From NCBI RefSeq assembly GCF_900105015.1, contig NZ_FNLK01000005.1, forward strand, positions 180,001 through 212,000: a stretch of DNA of 32,000 bases, in the 5' to 3' direction. Source of the stretch: Schaalia meyeri (lineage in GTDB: Bacteria > Actinomycetota > Actinomycetes > Actinomycetales > Actinomycetaceae). The translations under genes were made by a program, and so were the position numbers. Below the pieces are notes generated by a model that saw only the letters and a list, made by a program, of their open reading frames with translations, ran no database searches and had not been told where the DNA came from. This document shows positions 10,957 to 19,473 of the stretch, piece after piece. The stretch's first letter is position 1, and every line of letters starts with the position of its first letter.

Positions 10957-11451
10957 ATGGGACTTATGCTTCCGGCATATCGGTATTTCGGACACACGTA
11001 CTACTGGCCCACGTGGGTTCACCTCCTGGTTAACGCGCTCATTGGCGTTGCCGCTGCGCTGACGATCGCCGCTCTTATGGCTCGGGCGGCAAAACGATCG
11101 CGTGTCTTTGGTCTGTCCTGTGGTTTCGTCGCGGGTGTCGGGAACCTGAGCCTGTGCGTCCTCGTGCAGGCGGAGGCCCGACACACGTGGCAGCTGGGCA
11201 TGGTTGGTGCGCTCTATACCGTTGCGGGCGTGTTCTTGCTGGTGACGCTCGCTTCCTTGTGGAGCGCCGGTTCGGATGGCTTCCTCTGGTCGCGTGCCTT
11301 CCACCTGTTTCTGCTGGCCGCGATGGTCATTGCCGGCATCATGGAGTTCGCCTGGCGCCTGACGTATTGGATTCCCCTGCCGGTGGCGGCAACCGCCGTC
11401 CTCCTTGCGGTTTTTTGCGCGTACATCGCGGGCAGGCGCGGTCGCGACTAG
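10957..11451 (+). CDS. hypothetical membrane protein (4-5 predicted TM segments)
   Basis: 164-aa hydrophobic ORF 11 nt after the uvrA stop. I recognise no family motif. The competing minus-strand ORF (10648-11508) is R/P/G-rich junk. ATG 10966, preceded by AGGATGGG, is an alternative start. Confidence 0.55.
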   Translation: MGLMLPAYRYFGHTYYWPTWVHLLVNALIGVAAALTIAALMARAAKRSRVFGLSCGFVAGVGNLSLCVLVQAEARHTWQLGMVGALYTVAGVFLLVTLASLWSAGSDGFLWSRAFHLFLLAAMVIAGIMEFAWRLTYWIPLPVAATAVLLAVFCAYIAGRRGRD

Positions 11452-11543
11452 GCGCGCGCCCGCGGCGCACCCCGGCCTCGTCCGTGATGGGTGCGAGACC
11501 GGAGCCACTTCTGCGCGTCAGCGTTCCCTCGCGGGGGTGGGGA

Positions 11544-13496
11544 TTACTCCTTGTCATTGGCTGTCTCGCCCGAGGCGTAGAGCGCGTCGACTTCGGACGC
11601 GAAGTCCGCTAAGACGCGGCTCCTCTTGAGCTTGAGCGAGGGGGTCATGTAGCCGTTCTCCACGGTGAACGCCGCGTTGACGATCCGGTATCGGCGGATC
11701 GACTCGGCGCGGGAGACCGCCCTATTGGCGCGCGCGATTGCTTTCTCCAGGGAGGCGCGAACCTCGGGCAGATCCGCCGCCTGCGCGGCGTCAACGACCG
11801 ACAGACCGTGGCGGGTCAGCCACTCGGGCAGCATCTCGGTGTCCAGGGCGATAAGGGCACCGATGTAGGGGCGGCCCTCGCCCACGACGACAATGTTCGC
11901 GATGAGCGGGTGCGTCGATAAAGACTCTTCGAGGACCTCCGGCGACACGTTCTTACCGCCCGCGGTGACGATCAGTTCCTTCTTACGTCCCGTGATACGC
12001 AGGTGTCCGCGATCGTCGATCGATGCCAGGTCGCCCGTCTTAAACCAGCCATCAACAAAAGCGTCGGCGGTCGCCTCGGGCAGGTTGTGGTAGCCCTTGG
12101 ACACGGAGATGCCCCGGACCAGGAGCTCGGAGTCGGCAGCGATCTTTAAGCGGTTGCCCGGCCAAGCGAAGCCGACCGAATCCGGGGGGAAATCCTGCGG
12201 AGTCTCCACAGAGACGGGTCCGGTCGTTTCGCTCAGGCCGTAGCCCTGCAGCAGGGTGATGCCCAGGCCGCGGTAGAAGTTCGCCAGGTCGACGGCCAAG
12301 GGGGCGCCGCCCGAGATGATCGTGTGCAGGTTGGGGCCCAGGATGGCACGGACCTTCGACAGTACCAGCGCGTCCGCGACGCGCCCGCGCAGCTTCAGCG
12401 CCGTCGACGGGCCGGGTGATGGCGTCGCCGAGGCGTCGGGAACGGGAGTCGTATCCGGCCCCGGCCCGGCCACAGCTGACTCGGGCAGGGGAGTGTCCGC
12501 GTAGGCGCTCGCTTGAGACAGCGCGCGCGCCTGCTTGGCCGCCCAGGAGAACAGACGTCCCTTCACGCCACCTCCAGCCTTCGCTGCGGCCGCGTTGTAC
12601 ACCTTCTCCATGACGCGGGGTACGACGAGGAGCATCGTTGGCTTGAAGCTCGCGATGTCGCTGACGAGGTTGCGGGTGTCCGGAGAGAACGCGACGACGC
12701 CCTGGCCGGCGAGAAGGCAGTACATGACGAAACGCGCCAGGACGTGGGCGACGGGCAGGAAAAGCAGGGAACGCGACTTCGGATCGTTGATGAGAAGCGG
12801 CAGGAAGTCATAGGCCTGGAGCATCGGCGAAATAAAGTTGCCATGCGTCAGGATGACCCCTTTGGGTTTCCCCGTGGTCCCAGAGGTGTAGATGATCGTT
12901 GCCTCGTCGCCGAGGCGGACGGCGTCGGTGCGGACGCGCACCTCGTCGACGGACACGCCCTGCGCCGCGCCGCTCAGCTCCCGCTCGGCGCCGCGATCGA
13001 GGGAGAGAATCTGGCGCACTCTCTCGGTTCGCACGGACTCGACCAGCTCGGCCTGCTGTGTGGTCGCCGTGATGACGATTCGCACGTCCGCGTCAGCCAG
13101 GATGTGGGCGATCTGGGCGGCAGAATCGGTCTCGTAGATCGGGACCGTGATCGCCCCGCAGGACAGGGCAGCGGCATCCATGAGAGCCCACTCGTAGGAT
13201 GTCGGCGCCAGGATCGCCAGGTGTTCGCCGGCCTGCAGGCCGATACCGATGAGGCCGCGCGCGATGGAATCAACCTCCGCGAGGAACTCCTCCATCGTCA
13301 CCCGGCGCCACGCCCCCACGTTCGAGCGTCGTTCGATCGCGACCTGACCGGGATGCGAGGCCGCGCGCTGGTGAAGCATCTTCGGTAGGTTCATGTCCTC
13401 GGTGGCCTCGCGCGTGGCGATTGACTCCCACGAGCCGTCGGCGAGCCTGCGTACCGTCATTCCAGTCCCTTCCCGGGGTTGTTCTATACCGTTCAT
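11544..13496 (-). CDS. fadD: long-chain fatty-acid--CoA ligase (FadD15-like AMP-dependent synthetase), paralog A
   Basis: AMP-binding motif IIYTSGTTGKPKGV, then GYGLSET, and a C-terminal TPSLKLKR. ATG 13496 overlaps the upstream stop (ATGA). ATG 13460 is an alternative start that aligns better with the paralog's N-terminus. Confidence 0.9.
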   Translation of the reverse strand: MNGIEQPREGTGMTVRRLADGSWESIATREATEDMNLPKMLHQRAASHPGQVAIERRSNVGAWRRVTMEEFLAEVDSIARGLIGIGLQAGEHLAILAPTSYEWALMDAAALSCGAITVPIYETDSAAQIAHILADADVRIVITATTQQAELVESVRTERVRQILSLDRGAERELSGAAQGVSVDEVRVRTDAVRLGDEATIIYTSGTTGKPKGVILTHGNFISPMLQAYDFLPLLINDPKSRSLLFLPVAHVLARFVMYCLLAGQGVVAFSPDTRNLVSDIASFKPTMLLVVPRVMEKVYNAAAAKAGGGVKGRLFSWAAKQARALSQASAYADTPLPESAVAGPGPDTTPVPDASATPSPGPSTALKLRGRVADALVLSKVRAILGPNLHTIISGGAPLAVDLANFYRGLGITLLQGYGLSETTGPVSVETPQDFPPDSVGFAWPGNRLKIAADSELLVRGISVSKGYHNLPEATADAFVDGWFKTGDLASIDDRGHLRITGRKKELIVTAGGKNVSPEVLEESLSTHPLIANIVVVGEGRPYIGALIALDTEMLPEWLTRHGLSVVDAAQAADLPEVRASLEKAIARANRAVSRAESIRRYRIVNAAFTVENGYMTPSLKLKRSRVLADFASEVDALYASGETANDKE

Positions 13497-15358
13497 TTCT
13501 TTTTGCCCAAGCCAAAGAAACGACGTTTCTTGGTCGGCTCCGCCGACACGGGCCCGCCGTACAACGCATCAACCTCAAAGGCGTAGTCCGCGAGCACCTT
13601 GCGGCGACGAAGCTTCATGGAGGGCGTCACGTAGCCGTTCTCTACGGTGAAAGTAGCGTCGATGATACGGAACTTACGAATTGACTCCGCACGAGAAACG
13701 ACCCTGTTGGCGCGTTCGACGGCCCTCTCCAGGGAATCGCGGACCTGCGGAAGGGCAGCGGCCTCGGTGGGAGAATACGTGGGGAGCCCATGCTTGGACA
13801 GCCAGGTGGGCAGCATGTCGGCATCGAGGGTGAAAAGGGCACCGACGTAGGGGCGCTGGTCGCCGACGACGATCACGTTCGCGATGAGCGGGTGAGTGGC
13901 CAGGGCATCCTCCAGGACCTCCGGTGAGACGTTCTTGCCTCCCGCTGTGACGATAAGCTCCTTCTTACGGCCCGTGATGGTCAGCTGGCCCCTGCGGTCG
14001 ATGGAGCCGAGGTCGCCTGTGTGGAACCAGGTACCGTCGGTCATGACCTCGGCCGTCTGCTCGGGTAGGTGATAGTAGCCCGGCATGACGGACTGGCCGC
14101 GCACCAGGATCTCGCCATCCTTCGCGATCTTGATAAAGTTGCCCGGCAGGGGGAGTCCGACCGTTCCGACCGGGTTCTTGCCGATGTGCTGGACTGCGAT
14201 CGGTCCCGTGGTCTCGCTCAGGCCGTAGCCCTGCAGCAGGGTGAAGCCCATGCCGGAGTAAAAGTGCGCGAGGTCGGTGGCCAGCGGAGCGCCACCCGAG
14301 ACGATATAGCGCAGGTTGGGGCCCAGGATCGAGCGGATCTTCTTCAGCACCAGGGCATCCGCCAGTCCGTGGCGCATCCTCTTGATGGGACCTGGCCCAA
14401 AAGCCTTCTCGGAGGCAAGAGAGTAGGAGCGCGCCTGCTTGGCACTCCACGCAAAGACACGGCCCCTGAGGCCGCCACCGGCCTTGGCGCTGGCGGCGTT
14501 GTAGACCTTTTCAAGGACGCGGGGCACGACGAGCAGAACCGATGGCTGGAACGCCTGGATGTCGGGCAGCAGGTTCTTGATGTTGGGGGAGAATCCGAGC
14601 ACGCCCTGGCCGGAGAGAGCGACGTGCATGACCAGGCGGGCCAGGACGTGGGCGACGGGCAGGAAGAGCAGGAGCCGCGTTGACGGGGAATCAATGACGT
14701 TTCCGAGAATCTGGCGTGCGCCTTGCGCGGTCGCGATAAAGTTCGCGTGCGTCAGGGCGACGCCCTTCGGGGTGCCCGTCGTGCCCGAGGTGTAGATGAT
14801 GGTCGCTACGTCACGAGAGGCGATTGTGGCCCGACGGCGCTGCACGTCCTCGATCGTGACATCGGCGGCGGCGCGCGCGACCTTTCGCAGGGCGCCGCGG
14901 TCGAAGGAATCCACGGAGATCGTGCAGGATGGGGTGACCGTTCGTACCAGCTCAGCCTGCTGGGTCGTAGCCGTAAAGACGCGGGTGACGTGGGCGTCGG
15001 TCAGGATATGTTCGATCTGCGCGGCCGAGTCAGATTCGTAGATGGGAACAGTGATCGCACCGATCGACAGGAGGGCGAGGTCCAGCAGCAGCCACTCGTA
15101 CGAGGTTGGGGCCAGGATCGCGACGGCGTGACCTGATTCGATTCCCAGTCCGATGAGCCCACAGGCCGTGTACTCGACCTGGCGCTGTAGCTCGGCAGCG
15201 GTCAGGTGGCGCGCCGCGCCGACGGAGGAGCGCTGTTCGACGGCCACCTGGTCGGGGTGGGCGAGGGCCCGCTGTATCAGCATGTCGGGGACGATGTCGT
15301 GGTCGCCCACCGTGTATGTCGGCTTTATCGTGTAGGAGCCGTCGCGCATACGCTTCAT
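13493..15358 (-). CDS. fadD: long-chain fatty-acid--CoA ligase (FadD15-like), paralog B
   Basis: IIYTSGTTGTPKGV, GYGLSET and TPSMKLRR. SD GGAGGG lies 5 nt before the ATG. The protein is collinear with paralog A. Confidence 0.9.
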   Translation of the reverse strand: MKRMRDGSYTIKPTYTVGDHDIVPDMLIQRALAHPDQVAVEQRSSVGAARHLTAAELQRQVEYTACGLIGLGIESGHAVAILAPTSYEWLLLDLALLSIGAITVPIYESDSAAQIEHILTDAHVTRVFTATTQQAELVRTVTPSCTISVDSFDRGALRKVARAAADVTIEDVQRRRATIASRDVATIIYTSGTTGTPKGVALTHANFIATAQGARQILGNVIDSPSTRLLLFLPVAHVLARLVMHVALSGQGVLGFSPNIKNLLPDIQAFQPSVLLVVPRVLEKVYNAASAKAGGGLRGRVFAWSAKQARSYSLASEKAFGPGPIKRMRHGLADALVLKKIRSILGPNLRYIVSGGAPLATDLAHFYSGMGFTLLQGYGLSETTGPIAVQHIGKNPVGTVGLPLPGNFIKIAKDGEILVRGQSVMPGYYHLPEQTAEVMTDGTWFHTGDLGSIDRRGQLTITGRKKELIVTAGGKNVSPEVLEDALATHPLIANVIVVGDQRPYVGALFTLDADMLPTWLSKHGLPTYSPTEAAALPQVRDSLERAVERANRVVSRAESIRKFRIIDATFTVENGYVTPSMKLRRRKVLADYAFEVDALYGGPVSAEPTKKRRFFGLGKKK

Positions 15359-15474
15359 CGTGTCCCTCCGGGTGTCGGTTCAAAGACTGAACAACAGATT
15401 CGATGCGAGTCTATCCGCTACGAGGCGACCCCTGTCCCGCAAAAGGGGTGAGGGTGGCTGAAGTGACGACTAGA

Positions 15475-16899
15475 TCACAGGTCGTAGTAGAGCTGGTACT
15501 CGTAGGGGTGCGGGTAGGCGCGCATAGGGGCCACCTCGTTATTTTCCTTGTAGTCCAGCCAGGTGTCGATGAGGTCCTGGGTGAAGACGTCACCCTCGGT
15601 GAGAAACTCGTAATCCTCGCGCAGCGCGTCGAGGGCGCCCTCAAGCGAGCTGGGCAGTTTCGCGATGTCCTGGTACTCGGCCGGAGGCAGCTCGTAGAGA
15701 TCCTTGTCGATCGGCGCTGCCGGCTCGATGCGGTGCTTAATGCCGTCGATGCCCGCCATGAGGCATGCGGAGAAGGCCAGGTAAGGATTGGCGCTCGGGT
15801 CGGGAACTCGGTACTCAACCCGTTTGGCCTTCGGTGACGTCCCGGTCACGGGAATGCGGATGCACGCGGAACGGTTGCGAGCGGAATAAACCAGGTTGAT
15901 TGGCGCCTCGAAGCCGGGAACCAGGCGGCGGAAAGAGTTCACCGACGGGTTCGTGAAGGCCAGCAGGGCTGGGGCGTGTTCCAGCAGTCCGCCGATGAAC
16001 CAGCGGGCAGTGTCCGAGAGAGAACCGTAGCCGCGTTCATCGTAAAACAGCGGCTCGCCGTTCTTCCACAGCGAGATGTGCGTATGCATGCCGGAGCCGT
16101 TGTCGCCGAACAGGGGCTTGGGCATGAAGGTCGCCGAGTGGCCAAATTCCAGGGCCGCATTCTTGATGACGTACTTGAACTTCATCATGTCGTCGGCCGC
16201 GGTCTGCAGGGTCGCGAAGCGGTAGTTGATCTCCTGCTGCCCGCCCGAGCCGACCTCATGGTGTGCGCGCTCGACCATCAGGCCGACCTGCTTGAGCAGG
16301 CGGCTCATCTCGTCGCGCACGTCGGCGTACTTGTCGGCGGGGGAGACGGGGAAATAACCACCCTTGATGGGGACCTTGTAACCCGTGTTGCCTCCCTCTT
16401 CCATGCGGCCCGTGTTCCAATAGGCCTCGGGAGAGTCAACGGAGAAGAACGTGTTGTGTGGGGCGACCTGGTAGCGCACGTCGTCGAAGAGGTAGAACTC
16501 GGCTTCGGCCCCAATGAAGCACTGGTCGGCGATTCCGGTCGAGCGCAGGTAGGCTTCGGCCTTCGCGGCGACCTGACGGGGATCTCGTGAGAATGGTTCG
16601 TCGGTGAAGGGGTCGACGATCGAGAAGTTGACGACGAGGGTTGAGCGTTTGCGGAAGGGGTCGACGAAGGCCGAGGCAATATCGGGAACGAGTTTCATGT
16701 CGGACTCGTGGATGGCGGTAAAACCGCGTACCGAAGAGCCGTCGAACATGAGGCCGTTGGAGGCGGCGGCGTCCAAAAATTCGCTCACGGGAATCGTAAA
16801 ATGCTGCTGAACACCGGGGACGTCGCAAAAACGGACGTCGACGAGTTCAATGTTCTGTTCGGAGATAAAGTCTGCGACCTCTTGGGTGGAGGTGAACAT
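15475..16899 (-). CDS. glnA: glutamine synthetase type I
   Basis: 474 aa. The N-terminus ([18 protein letters not shown]) is typical of actinobacterial GlnA1. GS-I core motifs and the adenylylation-site context KDLYELPP are present. SD GAAGGA. Confidence 0.95.
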   Translation of the reverse strand: MFTSTQEVADFISEQNIELVDVRFCDVPGVQQHFTIPVSEFLDAAASNGLMFDGSSVRGFTAIHESDMKLVPDIASAFVDPFRKRSTLVVNFSIVDPFTDEPFSRDPRQVAAKAEAYLRSTGIADQCFIGAEAEFYLFDDVRYQVAPHNTFFSVDSPEAYWNTGRMEEGGNTGYKVPIKGGYFPVSPADKYADVRDEMSRLLKQVGLMVERAHHEVGSGGQQEINYRFATLQTAADDMMKFKYVIKNAALEFGHSATFMPKPLFGDNGSGMHTHISLWKNGEPLFYDERGYGSLSDTARWFIGGLLEHAPALLAFTNPSVNSFRRLVPGFEAPINLVYSARNRSACIRIPVTGTSPKAKRVEYRVPDPSANPYLAFSACLMAGIDGIKHRIEPAAPIDKDLYELPPAEYQDIAKLPSSLEGALDALREDYEFLTEGDVFTQDLIDTWLDYKENNEVAPMRAYPHPYEYQLYYDL

Positions 16900-17074
16900 G
16901 AACGTCCTTCTTTGTGCAGTGGTGATAACTCATCGGTCAAGAACGGGTCAATTCGTGGCCAAGGTCAGTATATGCCTACGGGCGTCGTCGCCGGGATGCG
17001 GTTTCGTCCTATAGGGGTTTCATGACATATTGCACGCACTCAGTGAGTGTTGGGCACGACCGAGCGGGGCCTCG

Positions 17075-17080
17075 TACCCT
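17075..17080 (+). promoter_or_regulatory. -10-like hexamer TACCCT 6 nt upstream of the uvrC GTG 17087; candidate leaderless promoter
   Basis: TACCCT 17075-17080, spacer GAGAGA, GTG 17087. Confidence 0.4.
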
Positions 17081-17086
17081 GAGAGA

Positions 17087-19102
17087 GTGCCAGATCCTTT
17101 AACGTACCGCCCCCGTACGGGAGACATCCCGACCTCTCCGGGCGTCTATCGCTTTTCGGATCCTTGCGGCCGAGTCATTTACGTTGGCAAGGCCAAGAAC
17201 CTGCGAAACCGGCTGACGAGCTACTTCCAGGACCTAGCGAACCTGCACCCGCGCACCCAGCAGATGGTGACGAGTGCGGGCGCCGTGCAGTGGACCGTCG
17301 TTCGCTCCGAGGTCGAGGCGCTCACGCTCGAGTTCACATGGATCAAAGAATTCAATCCGCGCTTCAACGTCATATTTAAAGACGATAAATCCTACCCCTA
17401 TTTGGCTGTGTCGATGGGGGAGTCTTTCCCGCGAGTCCAGGTGACTCGCGAACGCAAGCGCGCGGGTTCGCGCTACTTCGGCCCCTACACGCAGGTGTGG
17501 GCGATCCGGGAGACGATTGACCAGCTGATGCGTGTCTTTCCGATGCGATCATGTTCGACGGGGGTGTTTGTGCGGGCGAAGGCGCAGGGGCGCCCGTGCC
17601 TGCTGGGCTACATCGACAAGTGCTCGGCGCCGTGCGTCGGACGCATCTCGGCGCAGGATCACCGGGAGTTGGCCGAGGGGTTGTGTCAGTTTATGGAGGG
17701 GCGAACGGGTCCGGTGATCCGTGACTTGGAGGCCCAGATGCGCGCGGCGTCGGCTGAGCTCGACTTTGAGCGTGCCGCGAAGCTACGGGATGACGTGATT
17801 GCCCTGCGAACTGTGCTTGAGCGTAACGTCGTTGTTCTGGACGACGGCGCGGACGCGGATGTGTTTTCCCTGGTGAGCGATGAGCTGGACGCAGCCGTCC
17901 ACGTGTTCCATGTGCGCGGCGGGCGTATCCGGGGCACGCGAGGATGGGTGATTGAACGCGTGGACGAGGCCGACGACGCGGCCCTCATGTCGCGACTGCT
18001 GGAGCAGGTGTACTCCTTAGCCTCGGGTAGTCAGCCCGAGGCCGGGAAAGCGGAGAAGGTGGCAGCCGTCAGCGTGGACGACGTGGCCCATACCCCCACT
18101 TCCGCTGTGCCTCGGGAGGTGCTGGTCTCTGTTGATCCACAGGAGAAGGAACTCATCGCACGGTGGTTGGGACAGCTGCGCGGCGCTTCCGTGGCGGTTC
18201 GCGTTCCCAGGCGGGGACCGAAGGCTCAACTCATGGACACCGTCACGGAGAACGCTCGCCAGGCGTTGACCCTGCACCGCACGAAGAGAGCCGGGGACAT
18301 TACCGCCCGCTCACAGGCCCTCGAACAGCTGGCGGAGAGTCTCAATCTGCCGGGAGCGCCGCTGCGTATCGAGTGCTACGACGTGTCGCATACGGGGGGT
18401 GAGAACCAGGTCGCTTCGATGGTCGTCTTCGAGGACGGCATGCCGCGCAAGGACGCGTACCGTACCTACAACATTCGCGGCCAGGACGGCACGGGAACCC
18501 CCGACGACACGAGCGCGATGAGCGAGGTTTTAACGAGACGCTTTAGCCGCCTTCTCGCCGAGGAAGCGGGCCTTGAGGGGGAGGACGAAGACGGAGTCCC
18601 CTACGCCTCGGGCCCCATCGAAGCGGCGACGGGACGCCCCAAGCGATTCTCTTACCGACCCGACCTGGTCGTCGTCGACGGCGGTCTTCCCCAGGTGAAC
18701 GCCGCCCGGTCTGCGCTCGACGCCGTGGGCGCGGATGTGGCGGTCGTCGGGCTGGCCAAACGCCTTGAAGAGGTGTGGATTCCCGGAGACGAATTCCCCC
18801 TGATCCTACCGCGTACCTCCGAGGCCCTCTATCTGCTGCAGTACCTGCGCGACGAATCGCACCGATTCGCGATCACCAAGCATCGTAAGCGTCGTTCGCG
18901 GGCGACGCGCCGTTCCGTCCTGGACTCCATCCCGGGGGTTGGACCGGCGCGACAGGCCGCGTTGCTGAAACACTTCGGCTCCGTGAAGCGCCTGCGTGAG
19001 GCAACGCCCGAGCAGATTGCGCAAGTCGCGGGCGTGGGAGTCCTCCTGGCCCAGCTGATCCACGATAGGCTACACACATCGTTGAGGGAGGAAACACCAT
19101 GA
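17087..19102 (+). CDS. uvrC: excinuclease ABC subunit C
   Basis: GIY-YIG N-domain (GVYRF...VIYVGKAKNLRNRLTSYF), UVR domain (FERAAKLRDDV) and C-terminal HhH (IPGVGPARQAALLKHFGS). The start is trimmed from TTG 17030 to GTG 17087 because V-PDPLTYRP matches the N-terminus of actinobacterial UvrC as I recall it. Confidence 0.93.
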   Translation: MPDPLTYRPRTGDIPTSPGVYRFSDPCGRVIYVGKAKNLRNRLTSYFQDLANLHPRTQQMVTSAGAVQWTVVRSEVEALTLEFTWIKEFNPRFNVIFKDDKSYPYLAVSMGESFPRVQVTRERKRAGSRYFGPYTQVWAIRETIDQLMRVFPMRSCSTGVFVRAKAQGRPCLLGYIDKCSAPCVGRISAQDHRELAEGLCQFMEGRTGPVIRDLEAQMRAASAELDFERAAKLRDDVIALRTVLERNVVVLDDGADADVFSLVSDELDAAVHVFHVRGGRIRGTRGWVIERVDEADDAALMSRLLEQVYSLASGSQPEAGKAEKVAAVSVDDVAHTPTSAVPREVLVSVDPQEKELIARWLGQLRGASVAVRVPRRGPKAQLMDTVTENARQALTLHRTKRAGDITARSQALEQLAESLNLPGAPLRIECYDVSHTGGENQVASMVVFEDGMPRKDAYRTYNIRGQDGTGTPDDTSAMSEVLTRRFSRLLAEEAGLEGEDEDGVPYASGPIEAATGRPKRFSYRPDLVVVDGGLPQVNAARSALDAVGADVAVVGLAKRLEEVWIPGDEFPLILPRTSEALYLLQYLRDESHRFAITKHRKRRSRATRRSVLDSIPGVGPARQAALLKHFGSVKRLREATPEQIAQVAGVGVLLAQLIHDRLHTSLREETP

Positions 19103-19431
19103 CAGCGACGCTACCAACGGCGCTGCCCGCGCGTGTCCTGTTGCTGGGTTCCGGAGAACTCGGCGAGGAACCGGGCATCGCCCTCAGGCGCTGCGGCGTC
19201 ACCGTCATTGCGTGCGACTCCTGCCCGAATGCCTCCGCGATGCAGGTCGCGGATTCTGCCCGTGTCTGTGACATGCGCGGCCCGCAGACCTCTCGCGACG
19301 TCCTCGACGACATCGACATTAACCCGATCGTCCCCGGGGTCGAGGCAATCGTCACCGAGACGCTGATCGCGGCCGAGGAGCGCGGGAGGACACGAGGACA
19401 TATGGGACCCCTCGCTGCGCCCGCCGCATAA
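19099..19431 (+). pseudogene. purT: truncated remnant of purT (formate-dependent GAR transformylase): N-terminal ~95 aa only
   Basis: [52 protein letters not shown] aligns residue for residue with the N-terminus of E. coli PurT as I recall it (..[49 protein letters not shown]). Similarity stops near 19380. The ORF ends after 110 aa, against roughly 390 aa for intact PurT. The ATG overlaps the uvrC stop (ATGA), and SD GGGAGGA is present. Confidence 0.6.
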
Positions 19432-19473
19432 GCCAGCCCACCACCCGCTCACACAATCCGCCAGGAGGACACC

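Noticed and set aside
15428-15449. ACCCCT/AGGGGT 6-bp inverted repeat after the glnA stop, as a terminator
   Set aside because: The stem is short, the loop is 10 nt, and there is no U-tract on the coding (minus) strand. This is too weak to call.
16990-17030. Two GTTTC repeats (GAAAC on the glnA strand) upstream of glnA, as a possible GlnR box
   Set aside because: The GTTTC units are 16 nt apart and I cannot find a gTnAc half-site at the n6 distance. This does not fit the gTnAc-n6-GaAAc architecture I recall for actinobacterial GlnR.
17038-17045. ACTCAGTG upstream of uvrC as a second RecA-NDp-like motif
   Set aside because: Only 6 of 8 core positions match, and it lies 29 nt from the TACCCT hexamer instead of 8 nt. 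This is consistent with chance.
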